Numbered from the stretch's first letter, positions 1-13,890 are shown. The stretch: DNA of 64,000 nucleotides from Octopus vulgaris (GCA_951406725.2 OX597814.1:17360001-17424000), one strand, 5' to 3'. Numbers and translations are program-made. Notes: a model not told the origin generated them from the letters alone.

Positions 1-359
1 ACATGGAAAAAGTGGGTTTTGTCCAGCACAAGCAAATGTCACTTTAAACAAACTCATATTTGTCCTTATGTTCAGTAACAACATAAGGACAAAGCAAATC
101 CTACGGTGACGAAGTGATAGCGATGGGAACAAGTGGATAAAGAATTTGGTTGCAAAACATTTCTACGTTACACACTTATTAAAGGTGAAAAATAATATAC
201 AGAAAAATATATAAAGCAATAAAATATATATAAGAAATATAAGTGATGTTAAGACATATGAAAGGCAGACTTCAGCCCCGGCATCCGAAACTCTGAGTTT
301 TATTATGACAACCAACTAATCGTCACATATTATATATTTATATATATAATATTTGACAC

Positions 360-546
360 TGATAGATCGCTAGCCACTACACATTCTTCATTTTCTCTCC
401 TTGTTTCTTTCTGTGTTCCTTTCTGTGGAAGATCGTAGGCTCGAAACGTTAAAGACTTTTTCAATTCCCGAGCGTTATACTAATACACCTGCTTGTTTTC
501 TACACCACCTGTCTTCATCGTTTGTCGTTTTTCGTGAATTTTCCCT
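360..546 (+). mobile_element. Short Penelope-like pLTR module, family H2 (A6U hammerhead), ending at a (TA)n run
   Basis: Alignable with 18545-18690, 26490-26662(-), 44015-44205 and 44815-45005(-). Shared GAAGAGCGTAGGCTCGAAACGTTAAAGAC core and downstream TTCC(T/C)GAGCG..TAATAC block. Confidence 0.7.
419..454 (+). ncRNA. Minimal type-I hammerhead-like motif (core CUGUGGA, one stem II mismatch)
   Basis: CTTT-CTGTGGA-A-GATC-gtag-GCTC-GAAAC-GTT-AAAG; stem I CTTT/AAAG. Confidence 0.55.
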
Positions 547-975
547 ATATATATATATATGTATATACATGTATGTATAGTTGTGTATGTGTATGCATGT
601 ATGTATAATCATACATATGAATGTGTGTACACAGGACGGTAAGTTTGTAGGAGTCTGCTCAGTCTCTTCTTGATTAAAAACCGGTAAGATGTCGGGGTGG
701 CTACAGAGATACAGGTAATTTAATAAATACCTGCAAGCATTCGTACATTCATGCGGACTATCAGATTTACACACAAGTACAGAGTAAGGGATACATAAAT
801 ACATACATACGTGCATACATACATACATGCATACACAGATACATACACGCATGCATACATGCATGCAGGCATGCATGTATAAATACGTACATTAGTGGAC
901 ACATACAAACGTGTGTCTGCATGTAGTCACACCAGTAACTATTTCGAATAAATGGCGACCATGTCAAATTTGTAT

Positions 976-1043
<68 letters not shown>
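976..1043. repeat. (GTA)n microsatellite
   Basis: Perfect GTA run read directly. Confidence 0.95.
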
Positions 1044-1045
<2 letters not shown>

Positions 1046-1579
1046 CAGCAGTAATAGTAGCAGTAACACTGGTAGCTATAACAGCAAATACAATTATAAA
1101 ATTACTAAAATATATAAATAGACAAACGGATAAATCGTAACATAGGATATTTAGATCATAACTATAACACATAGTATCAAGTTATTAAACAAACCAAGCA
1201 GAGCTAAGGTTCAAAACATTTTTGGCTAATAAACGTATTCACAGAACATGGTTAAAAATCAATGACTCAAGCAATATTAAAAAATGAGTTCCATACCAAA
1301 AATTCGCTTTAATTTTTTTACCTTTTAAAAAGATCTTTATTTATTACATTATTTTTGTGAGACTATTCTCTTTCTTTTTTCTCATCTCTATATCATTTCT
1401 TTTGTTGTTTTTTTTTTTCATTTTCATGTCAGCTTCTTAATAAATATTCGGCGGCACACTAAAAACTTGAACACATACTCTCATCTTCACATATACATAT
1501 TCATATATGTCTACATACAGATGTGACTATATGTGTGTGTGTGTTTATAGACAGAAAGAAACTATTCGTATGTTGATGG

Positions 1580-2520
<941 letters not shown>

Positions 2521-3198
2521 TTAGAATTTGACTGACAGACAGACAGACGGAAAGGCAGATAGTCAGTGAGAAAGAAAGAGAGAGAAAGCAAGAAGGAAAG
2601 GGTTGGAACATGAGTGGGGAATGAGAGAGTATTTCAAAAAAAAAAAAAACAGTAAAGGACAAAGAAAATAAATCTGCGGTAGGGTTAAATGAATGAAGTA
2701 ATCAAATGTTGAAAGTAATGTTGTTTATACAGTACTGTATAGCTTGAAAGAAAATAGATAATTATAAGGTAAGAAGGTATAGAAAAATATATAAAAAATA
2801 TAAAGTATAAAAAGTATATATAACAAACAAACAAACAAGTAAAACAGTTCGGTAACATTTAATTGAATTTCTTCTGTTTTTATGCTTTCCCCTTTGCCAT
2901 TAAAAATATCTTGTGATATTTCTAATTTTTGTGATGTTTCTTAATGTTATATATATATCTATTTGTTTTATATGTGTTCTATCCGGTTTTTTTTGTTTTT
3001 TTTCCTTTGCTTGTTTGGTTTCTGAAATCTGGTTTGTGTAATTAACATTAAAACAAAAAAAAAAAAAAAGAAAGAAAAAGTAATAAAATGAAATATATAA
3101 ATTTCAATAAATAAAAAAGAAAAAGAAAAGAAATTCAGGCACAAACACAGCTAGAAGAAGTATGTATGTATGTATGTAAATTTACACATATATACCCA

Positions 3199-3255
<57 letters not shown>

Positions 3256-3541
3256 GTATATATACATATATGTATGTATGTACATGTGTGTGTACACATA
3301 TAAACACACATGTATATACATATATAATGATTATAAATCTATATACAAATCTACACCATATACTTTAAATATGTAATATATTTTTGTATGTATATCTATG
3401 TATGCCTATATATGCTTTATACATTTTAACACACCAAATAATGTTATATACACACACAAAAACTTGCACACATATAGATATAAGCGTACATGTATCTATA
3501 TGCATATATATACATATATATGCATATACATATATGTAATG

Positions 3542-3577
<36 letters not shown>

Positions 3578-3684
3578 GCCTACATTATATACAATTTTTA
3601 CACACAACACACACTCATGCACACACACACATACATATATACATACAAACAGACATAGTAGGAGCATACACATGTAAGGTGTCA

Positions 3685-3715
<31 letters not shown>

Positions 3716-4782
3716 CGTGCCTGTGTTTGTGTATGTTATGCAAATATATATTTATATATCACATTACCTATATGCACTAAGCTTCCATCTGACATTACAG
3801 AACTTAGTTAAAACGCAACCTGAACTTATTTTCCAAATATTGACAAATCCTATTTCAAATCAAATAACAAACCCCCATCACCTCCTTTTCTCCCGCTCTC
3901 CCTCCCTCTCTCTCTCTCTCTTATTCTTCCTCTTCCTCTTCTCTCCTCTTCCTGTTGAACCTTTTCCTCTCTCCTTACTCATTTCCCCTTTCTATCTTTA
4001 TCTTCCTTTCACCGTTTCCCTCTCTCATATATGTATTCCAAATTCTTCCCTTTCTATATTTCGATTAATATAGTGGATATTATTGCCGTTAAATTTGTAG
4101 CTGCAGTTTTTGTTTATACTATTTTTGTTTTTATCTTTATTATTTTTTTTTTTGTGGGAGTTAGTGACAAATTTATGTCTTGCATTTCATTTCAAGGTAT
4201 ACTCATCTACGATAATTAATATTTTTTCCGTTATTTTCTCCTTTTATTATTATCATTATTATTATTATTATTTTCTTGTTTGGGCTGTCTAATGATATAT
4301 TTATTTATAGTGCTTACATGTAGATTTAATCTTTTTCAAATACCTATGAAAAATATAATCTTAAATCACCATAAAACGATACAGTATCTTTTATCTACAA
4401 AAACTGGTGTGTATATATACATGCAGTTATATATGTGTATAAGGAGTGTGTTCTGTGTCAATACACTTATGTGTTTTCATTATGTATGTATTCGATGGAA
4501 ACCTGTCTTCAATCTATATAATTAAACGCTATGTACTGTGTATAATTCCGTATGACATATTTAACTGGCATTTGTAAATATGCCCGAATACAATTTTCAT
4601 GTACGAACACACATACTTATACATATGCATATACATTATACATATACGTACATGTGCATAGGCGCGCGGACATATATACATACACACACACATATGTATG
4701 GATGTATTATATATATATATATATATGTATGTATTACATGCATGTATTATATATGTATGTATTATATATATATACATGTATG

Positions 4783-4891
<109 letters not shown>

Positions 4892-5709
4892 GTATATTTA
4901 TATATATATATGTGTGTGTGCGTGCGTGTGTATTCTATATTACATTGCATTATGTGTATGCCACATGAAGCTATGTATGGATTCAGTTCTGCATGTGTGA
5001 AAATACGAATACGACGTGTATATGATATATATTTTCCCGTTGCGGTCTCTCCACAGCCCAGTATATGTCTCATCAGTAGGTTCAATTCACTGATTGGCTG
5101 CTTCGTCCATCGAACCTACATATTAATACCAACATCAAATTACCTGTGTGTTCAAATATGTAACGCTACTATGATAATAATCTTATATTCATTGTTCGTT
5201 GCTGTCGAGGGGCTACATCGTTTAAAACTTCTATGCTTCTTCAAAGCCGCCAACAGTACACCTGATGGTCTTTCATTATTTTTTTTAGTTGTAGTGCACG
5301 TGAGCATTGTATACAACAATTTACTTCATTATATTATATATCATATATCATATACATTTATATAATTATATATATGTATATATATATATATATTGGCCTG
5401 CTCGCTTAGCCAGCGGGGTGGCGTCATTTGAAGGCTAAAACAATGCGAAGCGCATTGTGACCAGCGATGTGTAGCAACATCTAATAGCCTGGTCGGTCAC
5501 AGTGATATATATATATATGTGTGTGTGTGTTTGTGTGTGTGTATGTGTGGATGTATGTATGTATGTAATTATGCATACATACATATAAATATATGCATAT
5601 ATAAACATGTATTGATATATGTGTGTGTACACATATACCTACGTATGTTTATACATGCATGTATACATGTATGTATGTATACACATAAACACACACACAC
5701 ACACACATG

Positions 5710-5975
5710 TACGAGGTGGTATCAAAAAGTTCTTGGACTAGTTCTGTAGCGCACCAGTAGATGGCAGCAAACGGTTGTCTGCGCAGAGAGAGTGGCCTTC
5801 ATAAGGCAATGTGCTGAATGTCATTAATACGTTTCCTTCGCAAGTTGTGAAATTTGTATTTTTGTGATCACGTGTATGCTGTCGTCTGCGATTTTGTCAT
5901 CGACAGAAACAATGAGCCAACGTGAAATTTGGCGTTAAAATTGAGAAGTCTGCTACAGTGACATTAAGCTTGCCT
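5710..5975 (+). mobile_element. Mariner 5' fragment (TIR plus decayed transposase N-terminus)
   Basis: Starts TACGAGGTGGTATCAAAAAGTTC (mariner-type TIR after TA). Downstream translates with frameshifts to ..NVKF..KIEKSATVTLSL, like the QR..IKFC.KLGKSATET N-terminus of mariner transposases. Confidence 0.7.
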
Positions 5976-6144
5976 TTCATCTTTCAAGGTCGATAAAAGA
6001 GAATCATATGACAATAGTTTACACCTGGTGTTAAAAGAAAATAAATCCCAGCTCTGTTGTCCTGGGGAGAGTCATTTTCTTTTGTGCTTTATAATTTAAC
6101 ACACTCACCGGTAAAATTTCCACTTATTTCTTATTTCTATTTTC

Positions 6145-6181
6145 CTAAAATTTTCGTTGCGTGTTGCAACCTTTTCAATAG
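6145..6181 (-). ncRNA. Minimal hammerhead motif with U3-A8 core
   Basis: Reverse strand: CTA-TTGAAAA-G-GTTGC-aacac-GCAAC-GAAAA-TTT-TAG. A truncated inverted copy follows at 6188-6206. Confidence 0.6.
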
Positions 6182-6896
6182 TCTTGACTATTGAAAAGGT
6201 TGCAAGTCTCTCCTCAGACACAACAGAATATGCTTCAACACACGAACTCATACAAAGAATCATGCAAACCAAATCCAAAAACGAATCCCAGTTCAGTATG
6301 TTAAAAGTCGATTCACTAAATACACAAATATGCTATTTCCATTGAAAAATAATTTACGTATTTCAAATCAGCGGAATTAAGTTCTAAAAGAGAATTTAAA
6401 ATCAATTTACAGGAAAACTGTTAGAGTAATCATGGGATCGTTATAATCGTGAGTTATTTAACACTGTGATTAATAATTAGTGTATCAGTTTATTTTTGTT
6501 GATTTTGAATTCTATTTCGAATATTAGCTTTGGTAACATGAGCTCACTTTTCAGGTGCTGCAATCCTTAAGAATTTTTCAGCAGCTGGAATACCCACCAC
6601 CAGTTTTAATTAGCTATTGCGGGATGCAATGAATAGCTAACACATGGGTCGTACGCGTGGTGCTGAATAAAATATAGAAATATTCTTACCACTGGCTTAG
6701 GTTGAACGCCATCTTTTGCGTCTGCACTGTACAATTAGGCATGAGGAATCATAGACTATCTTTAGAACCTCATAAAATCCACGGCAGTCACTAATAGCTG
6801 AGTCCTTGAGAGTTTGATTAACCATAGTGCATAAAAAACGGAAGAACAAGACGGTTTAATAAGACACATCTTTCATATGTATCTGTTCTCGATCAG

Positions 6897-7176
6897 TAAA
6901 TGTTTATTATTTACAATGGACGGATAGATCTCCTCACCTTGTTTGTTGTTAACCCAGCGTTTCGCTGATGTATTCTCCAGCCCTCATCAGATGTTCTGGG
7001 GGACTTTCGAACCCAATGATTAATGGGGGTACTCTGTTCTCATTCCTAAGGTATTCTTTTTTGCTGATGATATTTTTTTCCGTTGATATTATTCCCCCAA
7101 TCCTTACCTGGGACTGAAATCACAATCCGAGGATTAGTAGGCCGCGTTCTTATTCACTATGCTATATGCCCGTAGG
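6897..7176 (-). repeat. Inverted 5' pseudo-LTR of the Penelope-like element (tRNA-like head plus hammerhead at 6951-6995)
   Basis: Reverse complement aligns with 9205-9510. Contains AACAT-CTGATGA-GG-GCTG..CAGC-GAAAC-GCT-GGGTT. Confidence 0.85.
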
Positions 7177-7219
7177 GAGAATAACCAAAGATGATGACAG
7201 AGAGAGAATACAAGATCTA

Positions 7220-9172
7220 GGAAAGTCGTACAAGGAAGAATTTTGAGAAGGTGAAAACACGCCAGATTAAGAGGCTTACGAAGCTCAATGTGAAAGCAGT
7301 AATTAACTTAATTAATGTAAGTAACTGACATATAAACAACTTTGGAGAAGCAGTACTAAACAAAAGTTTCAACTTTGAGACAACCATCAAACGCATTCTA
7401 TACTTGGGCATAACAGCCCCTATTGAGGAGGTAGCCATAATGATACCAAAAGCTCAAGGAAATGAACTGAACTAAAGTGGAAAGTGAGACAGGTACTAGA
7501 GAAAGCGAAACTTCCGAAACCAAACATCACTGAGGAAGAAGAGTTCGCTATCAAAACATTACAGAGTGACAGTTCCATCATAATACTTCCGGCGGACAAG
7601 GACAATGCTACGGTGGCAATGATCAAGTCCGAATACTCTGAAAAACTGGCAAGTCTCAAGAGTGATGGTAGCTACAGCAAAATAAATAAACATCCAACTC
7701 TGAAAACAGAGAGGAAGTTGTCACAGATCTTAATCAAGAACAAGGATCACTTCATAGCAGTGAAGTACAGACAACTGATCCAACACTACAGTAAGCTGCC
7801 ACACATTTACGGTCGCCCTAAGATTCCTTTGGATGGTATTACATAAAAAACCTATAGTGAGCTGTAGAGGTTCGGCATGTCATCCACTGAGCCGCTTCCT
7901 TGTAAATATAATCAGTCCATTAGCAGGTAAGTCAACATCGTACGCGAAAAATTCCACCCACTTCAGAGAATTGATCAAGGATACCCTCATTGGATCCAAC
8001 CAGATGATGAGTCTAGATGTGATAAGTTTGTTTACCAAAGTCTCAACTGATGAAGCACTATCATTGATTCAAGACAAACTAGCGATGGACACCTCTCTAC
8101 AAGAACGCACTAGCAGACCAATAGCAAACTTGATGGAAATGTCGACTTTCTGCGTAGAAACTACCTACTTCCGAGTAAATACTGATTTATATTATCACCA
8201 GTAATAGCCAATATATACATGGAATAATTTGAGAATTTGGTTTTAGGATCAACACCAAAAGAGCCAACTCTATGGCTTTTAAAATTTGATGACACCTTTA
8301 CACTCTGGCACCACCAGGAGGATGTCCAAGTACTGTTAGATCCTGTGAACTCAATAAAGCCATCCATACAGTTCACAATAGAAAAGGAAAAGGACAATCA
8401 ACTAGCATTCCTGGATGTGTTAATAACACGCACTGAGTATGGGTTCAGGACATCCGTATACTGCAAGCCAATCTTCACTGGACAATACTTCAACTTCAGT
8501 TCCCACCATCCATACAATATAAAGAGAGGGATACTCAATGCCTAAAACATCGAGTAAAGACTATGAGTAGCGATACTGATACACACCACGAGGAAATTAT
8601 CAGGCTAAGAAACAACCTACCATGCAACAACTACCCAACAAATATACTAACCACTCCAATTAGGAAGAGGAGAGAGGATGAAACCCATAAACTAACTACA
8701 GTCTGTCTACCCAATGTCAAAGGCTTCTCGGAAAAAATGCAAAAGATATACGATCCATATCACATCAGGACAGTTTTCAAAAGTAATACAAAACCTCGCA
8801 AATATCTTCTCCGATTAAAACCATCCCTAGAAGACAATATGACTAAAGACTGCGTGTACTCTATCTCATGCAGTTGCGGTAGATTATACGTAGGTGAAAC
8901 ATGTTCACCCCCTTAAAATAAGGGTAGAGGAGCATCGTAAAGCTATGATACGAAGGTATATTGAAAAATCAGGTATAGTCGATCATGTATGGAAAAATGG
9001 AGACCACCTCCTACTGTGTGATAAGGTTAAAATAATAGACAGAGAACACCACTAGAAAATACTAAAATTAAAAGAGGCATCATATATGCTAGGATACAAT
9101 AACCTCCTAAGCAGACCTAGTGCAGGGATGACTGTAATATGGGAACCTGTATTAAGAAAACATAAAATATTA
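7220..9172 (+). pseudogene. Disrupted PLE polyprotein: reverse transcriptase plus GIY-YIG endonuclease
   Basis: ORF pieces 7484-7846 (IILPADKDNATV, PHIYGRPKI), 7833-8204 (KPIVS, SLDVISLFT), 8237-8545 (KFDDTF for RYVDD; IQFTIEKE, LAFLDV, FSSHHP), 8563-8916 (CVYSISCSCGRLYVGET) continuing past a frameshift as KIRVEEH..DHVW..KLKEA. Frameshifts, stops and loss of the G..MGS motif. Confidence 0.93.
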
Positions 9173-9204
9173 GGTTTATAAGCCCCAAAATTCACTCTAT
9201 AATT

Positions 9205-9510
9205 GCCTACGGGCTTAGTGGATAAGAACACCCGCTACTAACCCTCTGATTCTAAGTTCAATGCCAGGCAGGGAGTTTGGATATAATATCAACGAAAACA
9301 AAATGACATCCGCAAAAAAGAACACTTTAGGAATGAGAACAGAGTATCCCATTAGTCAAATAAAGGGTTGGTTTCGAAATTCCACTAGAACACCTGATAA
9401 AGGATGGAGAGCACATCAGCCGAAACTGTGTGGTAACAACGAATAAGATGAGTTCACCTATTCGTCTATTGTAAATAATGTACACAATTCCCCATCTCAA
9501 AAATAAAGAA
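9205..9510 (+). repeat. 3' pseudo-LTR (tRNA-like head 9205-9275; decayed hammerhead 9389-9433)
   Basis: GGCTTAGTGG A-box-like and GTTCAATGCC B-box-like segments, then AACAC-CTGATAA-A-GGATG..CAGCC-GAAAC. Confidence 0.85.
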
Positions 9511-9589
9511 TTTATTAAATGTTTAATCATCCAACAAATCTGTGAGTTCCTTTGTGGAAAATCCTAGAACATTTTAGAAAATAGCATCA

Positions 9590-10120
9590 TGGTGGTATAT
9601 AAGTGTTAGAAAGGTAGGATCTTTGAGTTTTTCTTCTAGCTGCTCGTCCATAATACCCAGGCTTATGCAGATATGTAACACACGTTCTTGGACTAACTTC
9701 TAGCTGTTTTGCAATGTCAGAAGCCTTCGAACGACATTCATTTTCCACGATTCTCTTCAAACAGCGAATCTTCCTTTCCAGGTCGGCCGGGACGAGAATC
9801 TGTTGATTCTTTTCCATGGCTTTTGAATTGTGCAATAATTCTATTAACAGTAGCAAGAGGAATTTGAAGATTATCGGCAATTTTTCATTGGCTAAGACCA
9901 GCCTAAGATTTTCCAACAATACGACCTCTTTGAAAATCTGACAATTCTGCTGAATTTTTTTGTGCGTGGCATGGTTACTCTTTACAAATGTTTAATATAA
10001 TGGCACCTGGAATGAAAAAGAATAATTACGTTGTAAATTCTACACCGCTGAAAACATATGACGCTTAGATCAGAAATTTTGAAAATTAAAGGTGTCTATT
10101 TACTTCCTGCATGTCTGTGT
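9590..10120 (-). mobile_element. Tc1-like transposon 5' fragment
   Basis: ORF 9587-9919(-) has [43 protein letters not shown], matching the Tc1 second HTH/basic region. Confidence 0.75.
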
Positions 10121-10420
10121 GCGTGTGTATATACATATGTGTGTGTGTGTGTGTTTGTCCCCCCACCATCGCTTGACAACCGTAACATAGCGGTTCAGCT
10201 AAGAGACCGATGGAATGATAATAGGCTTACAAAGGATAAGTCCTGGGATCGATTTGTTCGACTAAAGGCGGTGCTCCGGCATGGCCTCAGTCGAGATGAC
10301 TGAAGCAAAAAAAATAATAAAAGAATAACTGATTCTGAATTTTTACAAGTGCTTTTGGCGTTGTTGTTATTATTATTGTTTCTTTTGTTGTTTTTGTTGC
10401 TGTTGTTATTGATGTTCCTT

Positions 10421-10459
<39 letters not shown>

Positions 10460-10938
10460 TGTTGTTGTTGTTGTATCGTTCATCAACTTTGGTCAGCCAA
10501 AGTACTGACATTGATAGGCAGCAGTACCGGTCCGCACAGCTGGCGGTGACCCAGAAAGATCGCATGTCACTTTCTGTCTAGAGAGCTTGACCAGTCATCC
10601 ACGTTACTCTAGTACAGTAAGTCCCTTGAGATATCAAATGTCTAAGTCAACCGTGACGAATTCATAAGCAAGAGAACTATTTGTCAACTATCCAGCTTAA
10701 GAGACGTTTCAAAATATTATTTTGTTTTTCTTTTAGATGTTGTGGTCTTTAGAACCATGCCAGTCCCATCAGCCCCCACTCAACAAATCAGTGATCAAAG
10801 GCGTCTCATCTGGGAATATCACAAGTTATTTTTTAAGACGGGTGTCTTTTGAAAGAAATTTGGCTGCTCTTTCTAGCTGAACATATGGTTACGACTACAC
10901 GTATGTAAATATTTGTCTATATGCGCGTGTGTTTATGT

Positions 10939-10995
<57 letters not shown>

Positions 10996-11154
10996 CGTGT
11001 GTGTGTGTGCGTGCCTACGTCCCTGCAGAGCGTATGCTTGGCTGTATGGTAAAAAGTTTGCTCTCCCAACACATGGAGAGTGTCTTATACCGCTGCCCCA
11101 GGGCCGATCATAGCTTTGAATGGATTTTGTAGATGGAAATTGAAAGAAACCCTC

Positions 11155-11307
11155 CGTGGCTGTATGGTAAGAAGCTCGCTTCCAAACCATATGGTTCCGG
11201 GTTCAGTCCCACTGCGTGACGCCGTGGGCAGGTGTCTTCTACTATAGCCTCGGACCGACCAAAGCCTTGTGAGTCGATTTGGTAGACGGAAACTAAAAGG
11301 AGCCCGT

Positions 11308-11338
<31 letters not shown>

Positions 11339-11339
11339 A

Positions 11340-11391
<52 letters not shown>

Positions 11392-11595
11392 ATATATATG
11401 CGTGTGTGTCTTTGTATCTATGTTTGTCCCCTCCACCATCGTTCGACAACCGTTGTTGGTGTGTTTACGTCTCCGTAACTTGGTGGTTCGGCAAAAGATC
11501 AATAGAATAAGTCTTGGGATCGATTTGTTCGACTAAATCCCTTCAAGGTGGTGCCCCAGCATGGCCGTAGTCAAATGACTGAAACAAGTAAACGA
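11155..11595 (+). mobile_element. tRNA-derived SINE family A (CORE-like centre, internal (TA)n)
   Basis: TGGCTGT(G/A)TGGT A box, GGTTCAGTCCC B box, TGGGCA(A/G)GTGTCTTC centre, tail GACTGAAACAAGTAA. Many copies in the window. Confidence 0.85.
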
Positions 11596-11634
11596 ATACC
11601 CATACTCACATACACATACATATATAGCCTTACA

Positions 11635-11995
11635 CTCTTTTGCTTATTTCAGTCATTTGACTGCAGCCATGCTGGAGCACCACCTTGAAGGGTTTTAATC
11701 GAACAAATGAACGCCAAGGCATTTTTTAAAGCCGAGTACTTATTCTATTGGTCTCTTATGCAAAACGACCAATTCAGGGGGACGTAAATACACCAATACC
11801 GGTTGTCAAGCGGTGGGTGGTCAGACACAAGTACACAGACACACAAACATAGACACATACATACAGATATATACGACGGGTTTCTTTCAGTTTCCGTCAA
11901 CCAAATTCATTCACAAGGCTTTGGTCAGCCCATGGTGTCACGCTGTGGGGCTGAACTCGAAATCATGTGGTTGGAAAGGAAGTTTCTTATCACAC
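11635..11995 (-). mobile_element. SINE family A, diverged
   Basis: Reverse-complement match to the family A tail and body. Confidence 0.8.
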
Positions 11996-12369
11996 AGAAA
12001 AAATGAACAGAATTGGCTTTCCTGATAATTTTTCCACTTTAATAATAATTAGAGGTTTATAAATCATTAAGTGTAGACACCTAATGATTTATAAGCATCT
12101 AATTACTAAAGTGGAAAAATTACCGGAAAAGTCATTATAAGCATTCAATTATCAAAGTAGAAAAATTATCAGAAAAGCCATTTTTGTATTCACTTTTGTA
12201 AATATATAATACTGTACCGAGGATTGCTAATTTTACAATTGGCGCAAGAGTAGCTGTGTGGTTAGTAGCTTGCTTACCAACCACGTGATTCCGGGTTCAG
12301 ACCTACTGCTTGGCGCTTTGGGCGAGTGGATTTGGTAGACAGAAACTGAATGAAGTCCATCGTATAATT

Positions 12370-12598
12370 TTATATTTAAGAGATGAGGAATTTATGTACA
12401 TCATTTACATCATTATTTATATTTATTGGCTATTTGTCATCATCTTCTTTGTTGTTAACACAACGTTTCGGCTGATATACCCTCCAGCCTTCATCAGGTG
12501 TCATGGGTTCTCGTTCGTAAGGTATTTTTCGATGATGTTGTTGTTATTATTCTTCACTGCTTGGAAATCGAACTCGGTATCTTGGTGTTAGTAGTCCG
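12370..12598 (-). mobile_element. Solo pLTR of the 6.9-9.5 kb Penelope family
   Basis: Aligns with 9230-9510, including GAGTTCGATT B box, hammerhead and 3' end. Confidence 0.8.
12457..12502 (-). ncRNA. Intact-looking minimal type-I hammerhead ribozyme (canonical CUGAUGA core)
   Basis: GACAC-CTGATGA-A-GGCTG-gagggtatat-CAGCC-GAAAC-GTT-GTGTT; stems I and II pair; stem III is the palindrome AACGTT. Confidence 0.8.
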
Positions 12599-12653
12599 GA
12601 ACCATGTGGTTAGTAAGCAAGCTTACTTACCACACAGCCACTCCTACGCCTAT

Positions 12654-12689
<36 letters not shown>

Positions 12690-12690
12690 C

Positions 12691-12853
12691 TCGCAATACC
12701 AGAGGGCGCACACTCTCCTACCCTGATGTAATCTCCAGGGATACAGGCATCCAACAACAGGACCTCCGTAATGTCATGATGGACCGTGAAGTCTGGCGTA
12801 GCATGGTAAATTCCATTGTCTCGACCACGGTCGAACAATGATGAATGATGATG

Positions 12854-12856
<3 letters not shown>
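12691..12856 (+). mobile_element. RTE-group LINE 3' end
   Basis: Translates to RNTRGRTLSYPDVISRDTGIQQQDLRNVMMDREVWRSMVNSIVSTTVEQ* (DR..WR motif), followed by a (GAT)n tail; lies inside a (GTA)n run. Confidence 0.75.
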
Positions 12857-12921
<65 letters not shown>

Positions 12922-13454
12922 CAGCAGCAGCAGAAGTAGCGTTCTTTCTACCCATGTTGTACATAGGAACGTAACGTAACAGCCTTATTGTCTCTTAGCT
13001 TCGTTGTAGATGTTACATTTTGTTTTTTAACTTGAACGATCGTACTCATTATTTCATTTTCGTTGCTTATGTTGATTTCTTTCTTGCTGATGCCATTTGT
13101 TGTTCCTTTTTGTTTAGTGACCCTTTTTTCACATTATCCTTATTTTTTCTTGTTGATGTGTTTGCCTCTTCAGCTTGTGTTGCTCTTCTTTACAGTAGCT
13201 GCTTTTATTAAGGCGCGGAATTAGAAGAAATTGTTAGCATGTTTCGAAAAATGCTTTACGTATTTCTTCCGGAACCTTATGTCCTGAATTCAAATCATAC
13301 CGAGTCGATAAAATAAAAACATCTGTCAAATACTCTGGTCAATGTTACCAATTAACTGCACTCCTCCAAATTTAAGACCACGAGCGCAAGCATAAGTAAC
13401 AGATAGCCATCCTTTGCAATTATACTCTTAAAGAAAAATTCATTGATTACTCTT

Positions 13455-13693
13455 TTACTCATTTACTTGTTTCAGTCATGTGACTGTGGCCATGCTGGAG
13501 CACCGCCTTTAGTCGAGCAAATCGACCCCAGGACTTATCCTTTGTAAGCCTAGTACTTATTCTATCGGTCCCTTTTGCCGAACTGCTAAGTTACGGGGGA
13601 GGTAAACACACCAGCATCGGTTGTCTAGCGATGTTGGGGGGGGGGGGAACACAGACACACAAACATACATAAATACATACATACATACATACA

Positions 13694-13780
<87 letters not shown>

Positions 13781-13890
13781 GGTACGAGGCTATAGTAGAA
13801 GACACGTTCCGAAGGTGCCACGCAGTGGAACTGAACCCGGAACCATGTGGTTGGTAAGCAAGCTACTTACCACACAGCTACTCCTACGCC
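13455..13890 (-). mobile_element. SINE family A (internal deletion)
   Basis: Head and tail match family A. Confidence 0.85.

Larger units (their letters stand above)
6897..9510 (+). mobile_element. Penelope-like retroelement (Penelope/Poseidon type), near full length, inactive
   Basis: RT and GIY-YIG coding remnant flanked by inverted hammerhead-bearing pLTRs. Confidence 0.92.

Noticed and set aside
258-302. GAAACTCTGAGTT hammerhead 3' half
   Set aside because: No matching 7-nt core and stem II upstream.
5030-5085. Minus-strand CTGATGAGAC possible hammerhead
   Set aside because: Followed by GCAAC rather than GAAAC, and stem II does not close.
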